58,270 nucleotides of DNA, filler included, from Sandaracinaceae bacterium (GCA_947483975.1; 5 parts of 5 records of this genome joined end to end with filler, not necessarily neighbours in it), one strand, 5' to 3'. Counted from the first letter of the whole stretch, positions 17,721 to 26,050 are shown. Notes: generated from the letters alone by a model not told the origin. A program made the numbers and translations.

Positions 17721-19670
17721 ATGGGCGTCCTTCAAGTCCACCTCGATCTTCCTGAACAGTACCGGTCGCCCCATTACGAGCGGGTCGGAGGCGTTGTTCG
17801 CGACGTCGCGTCAGGGCGGGTGGCGGCATGGCTCCGGGAGGCAAGCCCCGCGCGCCTCGAGCAGGCAAGCGCTGCTGCCGCCGCCGCCGCCAGCGTGCAC
17901 AGTCTCGCTACGGTAGCAGGTGGGGTGGCTGCCATCGCTAGCGTCGTCAACGTCGGCGTAACCGCCGGATTCGGGCTTGCGACGCTCCGCACACTCGGTC
18001 GGATCGGGGAAGGCCTCGCCGGTCTGCGTGAAACGGCCGACGGCATCGCCGACCAGCTACAGCAGGCCAACGGCAAGCTAGACGGCCTCGCCGACCAGCT
18101 ACAGCAGGCCGACGGCAAGCTAGACGGCCTCGCCGACCAGCTACAGCAGGACGACGGCAAGCTAGACCACCTCGTCGAGCAGTCACAGCAGGCCGACGGC
18201 AAGCTGGACGGCCTCGCCGAGCAGTCACAGCAGGCCGACGGCAAGCTAGACCACCTCGTCGAGCAGTCACAGCAGGCCGACGGCAAGCTAGACGGCCTCG
18301 CCGACAAGGGGCGGCTGATCGAAAGCGCGGTCGAGGGTGTGCGGCGCGCCGTGGCAGCGTCAAATGCCGACATGACACACCGTCTCAATGCTCATGTGAC
18401 CACGATTCTCGACGGCAAGTCGGCAATCCTTAGCGCCATCTCGCAAGAGTCGCGGCGACGGGACCTCCTGCTGTTCCGTGTGGCGATTGAACTCATGGAC
18501 TCACTGGACGGCGTAGACGACGTACAGCGGGCAAACAGACTGACCGTCGCGCTTTCAAAAGCGAAGGAGTTCCGCATCGCGCTCGAGCAGGACATCTCAT
18601 CGTCGGTCGAGGAGACGATTGCTACCATTGCTGAACGCGCGGGACGGACCCGGGTTTCACTCCTGCCGGCAGAACTGGAGACACTCGACCGCGTCAGAGA
18701 GTTGCTGGCCGCTGTTCAGATTGAGGCACGCGCATTCGCTCTGTCGGGGCAACCCGCGGACGCCGCGAAGTGCCTTGAGTTCGCGGCGCGACAGGCACAG
18801 GCGCACTTTGACGTCATCACGAAAGCGTTCTTTGGCGACGGTGACATCTGGCATGATCTCCTCAACTGTCACTGGGCGGCGATGGGTCTACCGGCGGGAA
18901 GAGTCAGTCGGGTCGCGCGCCTCATGGGGCTTGACCTTGTCAAGGTACTGGAGCGTAGCCAGGAGAAGGGGATTGCGACTAGCCGCCGCCGCGAAGTCAG
19001 CCTGGCAGACGCCCTGCAAGCCATAGATTTCTGGCTTTCCGCGGATGGCTTCGATACGCTGGATCGTGAGTGGGCGACAGCGCTGGCCGCAATGGACGGG
19101 GACGACCTTGACTTCTCGATCCCGGTGGATGTGAGCGCCGAATCTCGCGCGATAGTACACCAACTATGGGACGCGAAAATAGACGCAAGGAATGCAACAG
19201 ACGCTGCGTCTATCGCAAGGACTTCCGAGGTTGAGTTCGACCTAAAGGCTGCTGCCCACCTTGCCGAAAGCGCGTATCTGCTGGCGTGGCGGAGCTTCGA
19301 TAGGTGGCGCGCCCGGGAGGTCGTGCGATTGCAGCGCGTGGCGTCGGCCGCTCGAGCCGGTTTGCCTGCGCTCGACGAGGTCATCCGATGGCCTTCGAAT
19401 GCTGAGGCCCATCTCGTGCCATTCATTGATCGACTGGAAGGACTGGCCGCGGATATCGACAACGCCCGTGGCCAAGCGCTGGAGTATCGGGCCATCGACG
19501 CCAGTGCGGGAAGCCTCTCCACCTGGAACATGCGCTACGCAGAGGCGCGACCATCTCCTGCACTTCGCACGAGGATGGCCGCCGAACCCGATCTCACGGC
19601 CCGAGAACTCTGGTACGTCGAAGACGATACGGCCGCAACAAAAGCGCTGCTTGCCCGGGCTGCCCGGTAG
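17721..19670 (+). CDS. Hypothetical 649-aa protein with an N-terminal Gly-rich hydrophobic segment and a repeat-built coiled coil
   Basis: Long ORF with visibly lower GC; hydrophobic VAGGVAAIASVVNVGVTAGFGL; 14-aa repeats. Confidence 0.75.
   Translation: MGVLQVHLDLPEQYRSPHYERVGGVVRDVASGRVAAWLREASPARLEQASAAAAAAASVHSLATVAGGVAAIASVVNVGVTAGFGLATLRTLGRIGEGLAGLRETADGIADQLQQANGKLDGLADQLQQADGKLDGLADQLQQDDGKLDHLVEQSQQADGKLDGLAEQSQQADGKLDHLVEQSQQADGKLDGLADKGRLIESAVEGVRRAVAASNADMTHRLNAHVTTILDGKSAILSAISQESRRRDLLLFRVAIELMDSLDGVDDVQRANRLTVALSKAKEFRIALEQDISSSVEETIATIAERAGRTRVSLLPAELETLDRVRELLAAVQIEARAFALSGQPADAAKCLEFAARQAQAHFDVITKAFFGDGDIWHDLLNCHWAAMGLPAGRVSRVARLMGLDLVKVLERSQEKGIATSRRREVSLADALQAIDFWLSADGFDTLDREWATALAAMDGDDLDFSIPVDVSAESRAIVHQLWDAKIDARNATDAASIARTSEVEFDLKAAAHLAESAYLLAWRSFDRWRAREVVRLQRVASAARAGLPALDEVIRWPSNAEAHLVPFIDRLEGLAADIDNARGQALEYRAIDASAGSLSTWNMRYAEARPSPALRTRMAAEPDLTARELWYVEDDTAATKALLARAAR
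18048..18305 (+). repeat. Coding tandem repeat, 6 x 42 bp (ADQLQQADGKLDGL variants)
   Basis: Units such as GCCGACCAGCTACAGCAGGCCGACGGCAAGCTAGACGGCCTC, with two interleaved variants. Confidence 0.95.
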
Positions 19671-19747
19671 GCCGATGTACCTCGTTCCGAAATGGATGTC
19701 CTTGGACCCGGCGATGCCGATTGCAGGTGTTGCCGGTGAGAGTGGAA

Positions 19748-20389
19748 CTATCGTGAAGGCGCCTTCACTCTCTCAAGGACGAGTACAATCCCAGGGAAGT
19801 AGCGGCCGCGCAGCCGTTTACGTTTGGAAGGCAGCCGGCGCTTAGCAACTGGGAAAGACCACGCGACATCGGCGTTTGGCCTGGTGTCGATGATTTCGTA
19901 TACAAGCGTCCGGAGTCGTTCCGCGAGGACGTCGGGCTGATCTACCAGTTTGCGGGTGATCCAGGGCACAACAAACACGATGGCACCTCGACGGTAGGCG
20001 CCTCGTCCGTCGGGGTACTTGGCAACCTGACCGAGGGCTTTCTCAAACGCGTGATCGAGCCGCTTCTTCGGGGACGTCGTGTTCGTCCACCGCAGCCCGA
20101 TTTGTTTGGCTTCCACCACGAGCTTCAGGTTGCCGACTTCGACCCTGAGGTCGCAGCGACCGAAGTCGCCGGGCTCCGTTCCTGTCTTCCGGACAGAGAA
20201 CTCCTCGAGGGCCCACCCACGGGGAGTTTGCCAGACGGCCCCAGCGAGTTGACTCACCGAGGCGCCCTCATTGTACCACCACGGAGCGTCGCTCTTACTC
20301 CGACTGGATGCCATGAGCTTCCGCCAGCGCCGAAGGACTGGAGCGAGAGCCTCGAACTCGCGAACATGCTGGCCACTAATATCCGGCAC
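19748..20389 (-). CDS. Hypothetical protein, possible PD-(D/E)xK nuclease fold
   Basis: LEEF...GRCDLRV...VVEAKQ fits an E..D..ExK motif; GTG start after a GAGAGGGGG RBS; lower GC. Confidence 0.55.
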   Translation of the reverse strand: MPDISGQHVREFEALAPVLRRWRKLMASSRSKSDAPWWYNEGASVSQLAGAVWQTPRGWALEEFSVRKTGTEPGDFGRCDLRVEVGNLKLVVEAKQIGLRWTNTTSPKKRLDHAFEKALGQVAKYPDGRGAYRRGAIVFVVPWITRKLVDQPDVLAERLRTLVYEIIDTRPNADVAWSFPVAKRRLPSKRKRLRGRYFPGIVLVLERVKAPSR

Positions 20390-20586
20390 CGTCGCCCCCT
20401 CTCGAGTGCTTTGATCCCTCAAGACGACGGTCCGTGCCGCGTCGCAGATTGAGGTCTACCGCGGTGAGCGCGGGCATGGCGCATCGAATCAGGGCAGGAG
20501 CCAGCCGCTGCGTCAAGAGCGATGTGGTCCGCGCCCTGAAAAAGACGGCTGATTCCCCTATCAGGAAGTAACGGGCAACCCGCTCG

Positions 20587-20601
20587 TGGCGCGCATCCCG
20601 C
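20587..20601 (+). promoter_or_regulatory. Weak candidate sigma54 promoter
   Basis: TGGCGCGCATCCCGC has GG-N10-GC spacing just upstream of the AAGGAG RBS of the 46-aa ORF. Confidence 0.3.
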
Positions 20602-20627
20602 GCGTCGCTTCCAAGGAGACCAGCATC

Positions 20628-20768
20628 ATGTCCATCGCCCCCAACAGCCCCTCTTCGTCGCTCAGCAGCTCCGTGATGAAGGACCCCGCCGTGCAGTCGT
20701 CGGCGGCCGGGCTCGTCATCGCCCTCGTGGTCGCAGTCGCCAAGAAGATGATCTTCCCGGGCGCCTGA
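20628..20768 (+). CDS. Small (46 aa) protein with a C-terminal hydrophobic helix
   Basis: AAGGAG RBS; MSIAPNSPSSSLSSSVMKDPAVQSSAAGLVIALVVAVAKKMIFPGA; followed by a hairpin. Confidence 0.55.
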   Translation: MSIAPNSPSSSLSSSVMKDPAVQSSAAGLVIALVVAVAKKMIFPGA

Positions 20769-20786
20769 GCCTCGACACCAACCAAC

Positions 20787-20839
20787 GAAAGGGAGAGCGC
20801 CTCGATCCGCCACGTGCGGGTCGGGGCGCTTCTCTTTTC
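20787..20839 (+). terminator. 24-bp G-U-rich stem-loop (terminator or processing site)
   Basis: GAAAGGGAGAGCGCCTCGATCCGC-CACGT-GCGGGTCGGGGCGCTTCTCTTTTC. Confidence 0.6.
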
Positions 20840-20855
20840 AGAAGGCACCGAACCC

Positions 20856-21254
20856 ATGATCATCACGGACTCCCATCTCCCCCGCGAGACGCTGCGCAGC
20901 ATCGGCGTTCTACTCGTGGTGCTCTTCGACTTCGCCCTTCAGACGGGGCGAAAAGCCGTAGAAAACCTGGCCCCCCTCGTCGAACCGCCGGACGACCTGC
21001 GGATCGTGTCGAGCACGGGCTCCCTGTACTCCGGCGTCATCTTCCTCGACCGGGGTGACATCCTGGCCGGCGTCGTCGTCGCTACCGGGTACGACCCGCT
21101 CCGCAGTGCCGCCCGCACGGCATCGAGTGCGTTCTCCATGCCGAGTCAAGGCTCGCCGTCGGTCCACCGCGGTCAGTCCGGCACGCTGCCGAACTGGGCG
21201 CACGACGGCACCGAGTACGACGACGAGGACCCGAGGTCGCCATGGCGTCGCTGA
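20856..21254 (+). CDS. Hypothetical protein
   Basis: ORF from MIITDSH; overlaps the next start by 13 bp. Confidence 0.55.
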   Translation: MIITDSHLPRETLRSIGVLLVVLFDFALQTGRKAVENLAPLVEPPDDLRIVSSTGSLYSGVIFLDRGDILAGVVVATGYDPLRSAARTASSAFSMPSQGSPSVHRGQSGTLPNWAHDGTEYDDEDPRSPWRR

Positions 21255-22027
21255 CGCGTCCGCTGACGCTCGCGCATCTGCGCGGCCTCGCCAGCCTCTA
21301 CCGCAGCGGGGTGGAAGGCGCCGACGAGGCGCTTCTCTCCGTCGCCACCGAGCACACCGACGAGGTCGCCGGCTTGCTCCATCTGCTCCCGGAGCGCGTC
21401 GCCCGGCTCGACGAGCACGACAACACCGCCAACCTCTTGGCCGCGACGATCGAGGCCGTCCCTCGACTGGTTCGGTCGAGACGAGAGGCAGCACAACAGG
21501 ACGCCGCAGCGAGCCTCGCAGTACGGGTCGCCGAGCTCGCCGAGCAACGTCCCGGGGAGGTCTACGCCCTCGACGTCGGCCTCCTGAGCAACGTGCTCGC
21601 GTTGTATCCAGGCCGCGTCGTCACCTTCGGCGAACGCGGCTCCGTGAGCGCGCTGAAGCTGCGGGCGATCCTCCGCGAGATCCGGAGCATCAACGCGACC
21701 TCGGTGCTCATCACCGGCGAGCACGTCGTGCTCAGCTACCAGGGCGACCACTGCCGCGGGCTGATCAAGCTCGTGCTCCATCCGGTCGCGCTCGAGCCCG
21801 ACACCCTGCTCGTCCCGCTCGGGCTCGTGCCCTCGCAGCCGCCGCCGACTCCGTGTGAGGCGAAGCTCGCCGTCCCGGAGCAGATCTACAGCGAGCCCGT
21901 CGGCGACCCCGACGCCCCGCATGAAGGTCAGCTCGATCCCCCGGTGCCGGTGCCACCCGTGCGCAGACCCTTCCTCGCCGCGCTCTTCAGGGCGGCCGAC
22001 GAGCTGCTCGCCCGGGGCGTTCGGTAG
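21242..22027 (+). CDS. Hypothetical protein (261 aa)
   Basis: GAGG RBS and GC3-rich codon usage; no motif recognised. Confidence 0.65.
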   Translation: MASLTRPLTLAHLRGLASLYRSGVEGADEALLSVATEHTDEVAGLLHLLPERVARLDEHDNTANLLAATIEAVPRLVRSRREAAQQDAAASLAVRVAELAEQRPGEVYALDVGLLSNVLALYPGRVVTFGERGSVSALKLRAILREIRSINATSVLITGEHVVLSYQGDHCRGLIKLVLHPVALEPDTLLVPLGLVPSQPPPTPCEAKLAVPEQIYSEPVGDPDAPHEGQLDPPVPVPPVRRPFLAALFRAADELLARGVR

Positions 22028-22087
22028 GGCCGCGCCGGGTGCGTGAGCGCGCTCGACGCCGACTCACCGCTCGCTGAACACCACCAC

Positions 22088-22129
22088 GGAGGCCGGGGCT
22101 CGGGCACTACTGCTCGGGCTCCGGCTTCT
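22088..22129 (+). promoter_or_regulatory. Conserved leader hairpin, copy A
   Basis: GGAGGCCGGGGCTCGGGCA-CTAC-TGCTCGGGCTCCGGCTTCT, a 19-bp stem with G-U pairs. Confidence 0.6.
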
Positions 22130-22158
22130 GTGCGTCCGTCACCTTCCCAGGAGGCTCC

Positions 22159-23100
22159 ATGAATATGATCGTGAAGTTGTCCGAGCACGTGCCGGTGCGT
22201 CGGCAGGACCGCTACGTCACGGCGTCGCCGCCGATGATCGAGTTGATGAACAGGGTCGAGCGCGTCGCGAGGTTGCCGTGGCCGGTGCTGGTCACCGGCG
22301 AGACCGGCGTCGGCAAGGAGGAGATCGCGAAGGCGCTGCACGCGTCGTCATCGCGAGCGCGTCGCCCTTTCGTTGCCATCGACGCCGGGGGCCTGCCCGA
22401 GAGCCTCGTCGCGAGCGAGCTCTTCGGCCACGAGCGGGGCGCCTTCACGGGAGCCGTCGGCACGCGCTACGGCGTCTTCGAGTCTGCTCACGGCGGCACG
22501 CTCTTCCTCGACGAGGTCGGCGAGCTGTCCGCGGCGAGCCAGGCGAAACTGCTGCGGGTCGTCGAGACCTCGGAGGTGCGGCGCATCGGCTCGTCTCAGG
22601 TGCGTCGTGTCGATGTTCGTGTGGTCTGCGCCACGAACCGGGACCTGCGGGCGATGGTCGAGGCCGGCACCTTCCGGGCGGACCTCTATCACCGCCTCGC
22701 GTGTGTCGTGCTCGAGGTACCGCCCCTTCGAAAACGTCCAGAAGATGTTGTTGAGCTCGTCGAGCACTTCGTCGAGTTGATCAGCGCGGAGTTCGGGCGC
22801 GTGAGCCTCACCGAAGGCGCACGCATCAGGCTCGCCGCGCATCCCTTCCCCGGGAACGTGCGCGAGCTTCGGAATCTGCTGTTCGCGGCGGCGGTGAACT
22901 CGGCGAGCAGGTTCATCGACGTCACCGACATCGAGGCCGCGGTCGCGGCGGTCAGCAGCGTGCCGATGACGTCTGCGCCGACGTCACTCAGGCAGGCGAT
23001 GGACATGGCGAAGGGGAACATCACCACCGCGGCGAAGGCGCTCGGCATCCCGCGCACGACGCTGCGCGACCGTCTGCGAGCCGAGGCTCGTCGGCAGTAG
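22159..23100 (+). CDS. Sigma54-dependent enhancer-binding protein (AAA+ and Fis HTH) with no regulatory domain
   Basis: GETGVGKE, SELFGHERGAFTGA, GTLFLDEVGE, FRADLYHRL, PGNVREL and a C-terminal GNITTAAKALGIPRTTL. Confidence 0.93.
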   Translation: MNMIVKLSEHVPVRRQDRYVTASPPMIELMNRVERVARLPWPVLVTGETGVGKEEIAKALHASSSRARRPFVAIDAGGLPESLVASELFGHERGAFTGAVGTRYGVFESAHGGTLFLDEVGELSAASQAKLLRVVETSEVRRIGSSQVRRVDVRVVCATNRDLRAMVEAGTFRADLYHRLACVVLEVPPLRKRPEDVVELVEHFVELISAEFGRVSLTEGARIRLAAHPFPGNVRELRNLLFAAAVNSASRFIDVTDIEAAVAAVSSVPMTSAPTSLRQAMDMAKGNITTAAKALGIPRTTLRDRLRAEARRQ

Positions 23101-23124
23101 CTCGACGTCGAAGTTGAACATCAC

Positions 23125-23161
23125 GAGGCCGGGGTTCGGGCGCTGCCTGGGCCTCGGCTTC
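23125..23161 (+). promoter_or_regulatory. Conserved leader hairpin, copy B
   Basis: GAGGCCGGGGTTCGGGC-GCT-GCCTGGGCCTCGGCTTC, a 17-bp stem homologous to copy A. Confidence 0.6.
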
Positions 23162-23199
23162 TTCACGTCTGGATCATCCACATCAACAAGGAGAAGGTC

Positions 23200-23418
23200 A
23201 TGAGCAGCAACAAGAACAAGATCGCGTCGCAGTTCATCGTGCACATCAACACGAGGGAGGAGGATGGCAGCTCGCGCGTCCGCGAGTTCATCACGTACGC
23301 CGGCCTCCTCGCCGTCGCGCACGACATCGGGCTCGAGGAGATGAACACGACCGTCGTGCAGATGCCGACCGACGGCAACGGCCAGACGGCCGTCATCCGC
23401 GCCATCGCGAAGGGCAAG
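23200..23418 (+). CDS. Phage-type protein, possibly a Rad52/Rad22-like ssDNA-annealing protein, 3'-truncated
   Basis: AAGGAG RBS; EFITYAGLLAVAHDIGL...VQMPTDGNGQTAVIRA resembles the N-terminus of phage Rad52-like proteins (recalled, not searched). Confidence 0.45.
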
Positions 23419-23518
23419 NNNNNNNNNNNNNNNNNNNNNNNNNNNNNNNNNNNNNNNNNNNNTTAATTAATTAANNNNNNNNNNNNNNNNNNNNNNNNNN
23501 NNNNNNNNNNNNNNNNNN
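23419..23518. other. Artificial contig-joining linker
   Basis: N44-TTAATTAATTAA-N44. Confidence 0.99.
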
Positions 23519-23564
23519 ACCCAGCATTCTGCTGGGCCGACTGCCGACCCAGCATTCTGCTGGG
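23519..23564. repeat. Two direct copies of an 18-bp palindromic element (REP-like) at the contig end
   Basis: ACCCAGCATTCTGCTGGG twice with a 28-bp period; internal palindrome CCCAGCA/TGCTGGG. Confidence 0.8.
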
Positions 23565-23570
23565 TAGGCC

Positions 23571-24167
23571 CTAACCGGGCTTCTTGGACTCGCCCTTTCG
23601 AGGCTTGTCCTCCCGGTGAAGTTCGTTCATCGCCGCGTGCGTTCCTTTTGCGGCGACCGTCTCTACCATGATTGCGGCCTTCTGCAGCTCGCCATCGAGC
23701 TCAGGTCGCTCCTGAGAGTCGAAATCACTGAGGACGTAGCCCTCGACCACCCCGGAGCGAGGCCGGCCAATGCCGACGCGCACGCGCGTGAAGTCAGGAC
23801 CGCCACAGTGCTGGATGATGCTGCGCAGGCCGTTGTGCCCTGCGTGCCCACCGCCGACCTTGATGCGCGCCGTGCGCCACTCGAGGTCGAGCTCGTCGTG
23901 CACGACGATGACGTCCTTCAAGGCGACCTTGAAGAACGTCATCGCCTTCTGCACCGACTCGCCACTCAGGTTCATGAACGTCATCGGCAGCAGGAGGACG
24001 GCCTCCTGCCCACCGAGCTCTGCCTTGGTGAAGAGCCCTTGGAACTTCTCTTTGAAGGCCGCCGCCCGGGCGCGCTCGGCCAATCGCTGCACGACCATGA
24101 AGCCGACGTTGTGTCGGTTTCCGGCGTACTTGGGCCCCGGATTTCCGAGGCCGACGACGAGCAGCAC
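23571..24167 (-). CDS. pth: Peptidyl-tRNA hydrolase
   Basis: VGLGNPG, RHNVGF, MNLSG, VHDELD and GHNGLRS. Confidence 0.97.
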   Translation of the reverse strand: MLLVVGLGNPGPKYAGNRHNVGFMVVQRLAERARAAAFKEKFQGLFTKAELGGQEAVLLLPMTFMNLSGESVQKAMTFFKVALKDVIVVHDELDLEWRTARIKVGGGHAGHNGLRSIIQHCGGPDFTRVRVGIGRPRSGVVEGYVLSDFDSQERPELDGELQKAAIMVETVAAKGTHAAMNELHREDKPRKGESKKPG

Positions 24168-24191
24168 GAGCGCGATTCTCCGGGCGAACGA

Positions 24192-24881
24192 CTACTTCTT
24201 CTTGGCTGCCGGAGCGGCCTTGGCCGCTGCTGCCGGAGCAGCCTTGGCACCCGCCGCAGGAGCCGCTGCCGCGGGCGCGCCCGGGGCTGCTGCCGCTGCT
24301 GCCGCTGCGTCTTCCTCGGCGCCGCGCTTGTCCGGCGCCACGACGGCGACGAGCGAGCGATCCGGCGGGAGAGACACGACGACGCCCGGCGGGAGCTCGA
24401 GGTCCTTCGTGTGAATCGCCTCGTGGAGGTTGAGGCGCGTGACGTCGATGACGATCTTCGCCGGGACCATGTTCGGCGAGCAGCGCACGGGCAGCTCACG
24501 GAAGATGATGCGCAGGATGCCACCCTCGGCGACGCCGATGGCCTTGCCCTTCGTCTCGAAGGGAACCTTCTGCTCGATCTCACGGTCGAGGGCGACGCGG
24601 TAGAAGTCCGCGTGCAGGAGATCGCGGGTCACCGGGTGGTGCTGGACCTCGCGGACGACCGCGAGCTCCTTCTTGCCGTCGAGCGTGAGCTCGATGACCT
24701 GGTTGCGGCCGTACTCGGTCGAGAGCGCCTTGCGGAGCTCTTTCGGGCTCACGGCGATCGACGTCGGCTCGGTGCCGGGACCATAGAACACGGCCGGGAT
24801 CAGCCCCTTGATTCGGAGCTGCCGCGCCGGCCCCTTTCCGCCCTCGTGGCGGACCTCAGCCTGCAGCGTCTGGATATCCAT
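24192..24881 (-). CDS. rplY: 50S ribosomal protein L25/Ctc with an Ala-rich tail
   Basis: GKGPARQLR..GLIPAVFYG and QHHPV...LHADF; prs-rplY-pth synteny. Confidence 0.95.
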   Translation of the reverse strand: MDIQTLQAEVRHEGGKGPARQLRIKGLIPAVFYGPGTEPTSIAVSPKELRKALSTEYGRNQVIELTLDGKKELAVVREVQHHPVTRDLLHADFYRVALDREIEQKVPFETKGKAIGVAEGGILRIIFRELPVRCSPNMVPAKIVIDVTRLNLHEAIHTKDLELPPGVVVSLPPDRSLVAVVAPDKRGAEEDAAAAAAAAPGAPAAAAPAAGAKAAPAAAAKAAPAAKKK

Positions 24882-24935
24882 TGTCTTGTCTCTCTCGTGT
24901 CGATCAGTGAAGGACGTGAACTGGAGCGAACAGCA

Positions 24936-25883
24936 CTACACGAACAGCGAGCTCACCGAGTCGCCGTTGTGAATTCGTCGGATCGCCTCACCGAGGAGGT
25001 GCGCGACCGAAAGTACGCGGAACTTGCCGCACGCGAGCGCCTCGGCGCGGAGCGGCACGGTGTCGGAGACGACGACCTCCGTCAGCGGAGACGCCTTGAT
25101 GCGCTCGACCGCCGGGCCGCTGAGGACGGCGTGCGTCGCCGTCGCCATCACGGACTTCGCGCCCGCCTTCATCAGCGCCTGCGCGGCGTTGGTCAGCGTG
25201 CCCGCCGTGTCGATCATGTCGTCGAGCAGCACGCAGGTGCGTCCCTCGACGTCGCCGATGATGTTCATGACCTCGCTGACGTTCGCGCGCTCGCGGCGCT
25301 TGTCGATGATCGCGAGGTCCGCGCCGATGCGCTTCGCGTAGGCGCGCGTGCGCTCGACGCCGCCGGCATCCGGCGAGACGAAGACGGGCGCCTCTTTGCC
25401 AGCGAAGCGCCCCTCGAGGAACTCGAGGAAGACGGGCATCGCGTAGAGGTGATCGACGGGCGTGTTGAAGAAGCCCTGGATCTGGCCCGAGTGCAGGTCG
25501 ACGGAGACGACGCGGTCGACGCCCGCCGACGACAGCAGATCCGCGACGAGCTTCGCGGTGATGGGCGTGCGCGGCGCGACCTTGCGGTCCTGGCGCGCAT
25601 AGCCGTAATACGGAATCACCGCGGAGATCGAGCCGGCGCTGGCGCGCTTGAGCGCGTCCGCCATCACGAGCAGCTCCATCAGGTTGTCGTTCACCGGCGC
25701 GCACGTGGGCTGGACGATGTAGACGTCGACGCCGCGCACGTTCTCTTGGACCTCGGCGAAGACCTCGCCGTCCGAGAAGCGCGAGAGCTTCGCGCGCCCC
25801 ATCGGGAGCTCGAGATACTTGGCGATCTCGTGCGCGAGGGCGGGGTTCGCGTTGCCGGCGAAGATGCAGATGGACGTAGACAT
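24936..25883 (-). CDS. prs: Ribose-phosphate pyrophosphokinase
   Basis: Start at [37 protein letters not shown] and DDMIDTAGT. Confidence 0.98.
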   Translation of the reverse strand: MSTSICIFAGNANPALAHEIAKYLELPMGRAKLSRFSDGEVFAEVQENVRGVDVYIVQPTCAPVNDNLMELLVMADALKRASAGSISAVIPYYGYARQDRKVAPRTPITAKLVADLLSSAGVDRVVSVDLHSGQIQGFFNTPVDHLYAMPVFLEFLEGRFAGKEAPVFVSPDAGGVERTRAYAKRIGADLAIIDKRRERANVSEVMNIIGDVEGRTCVLLDDMIDTAGTLTNAAQALMKAGAKSVMATATHAVLSGPAVERIKASPLTEVVVSDTVPLRAEALACGKFRVLSVAHLLGEAIRRIHNGDSVSSLFV

Positions 25884-25950
25884 CGGGCCGATCTGCCTTT
25901 CTGCTGCGGTTTCCGCGCGGTCCGCGATGAGCCGGACGCGAGGGAGCGGA

Positions 25951-25979
25951 GGGGTAGCAAGCGGCGCGGAGGGTGTCAA
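25951..25979 (-). promoter_or_regulatory. Candidate sigma70 promoter for prs-rplY-pth
   Basis: Minus strand TTGACA-N17-TACCCC with an extended TG. Confidence 0.4.
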
Positions 25980-26050
25980 CGCCGCCGCGCCGATCGAAGA
26001 AGACGAACTGGTCGGCGCGCCGCGTCGAAGCGGGGTGCGACGGGCGGAGC

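Noticed and set aside
18048..18305. Possible CRISPR or non-coding array
   Set aside because: The 42-bp units have no unique spacers and encode in-frame heptads.
23519..23564. Possible CRISPR remnant
   Set aside because: An 18-bp repeat and a 10-bp spacer are too short, and only two copies are visible.
25884..26050. tRNA-Gln, often found upstream of prs
   Set aside because: No cloverleaf, T-loop GTTCGA or CCA end is visible.
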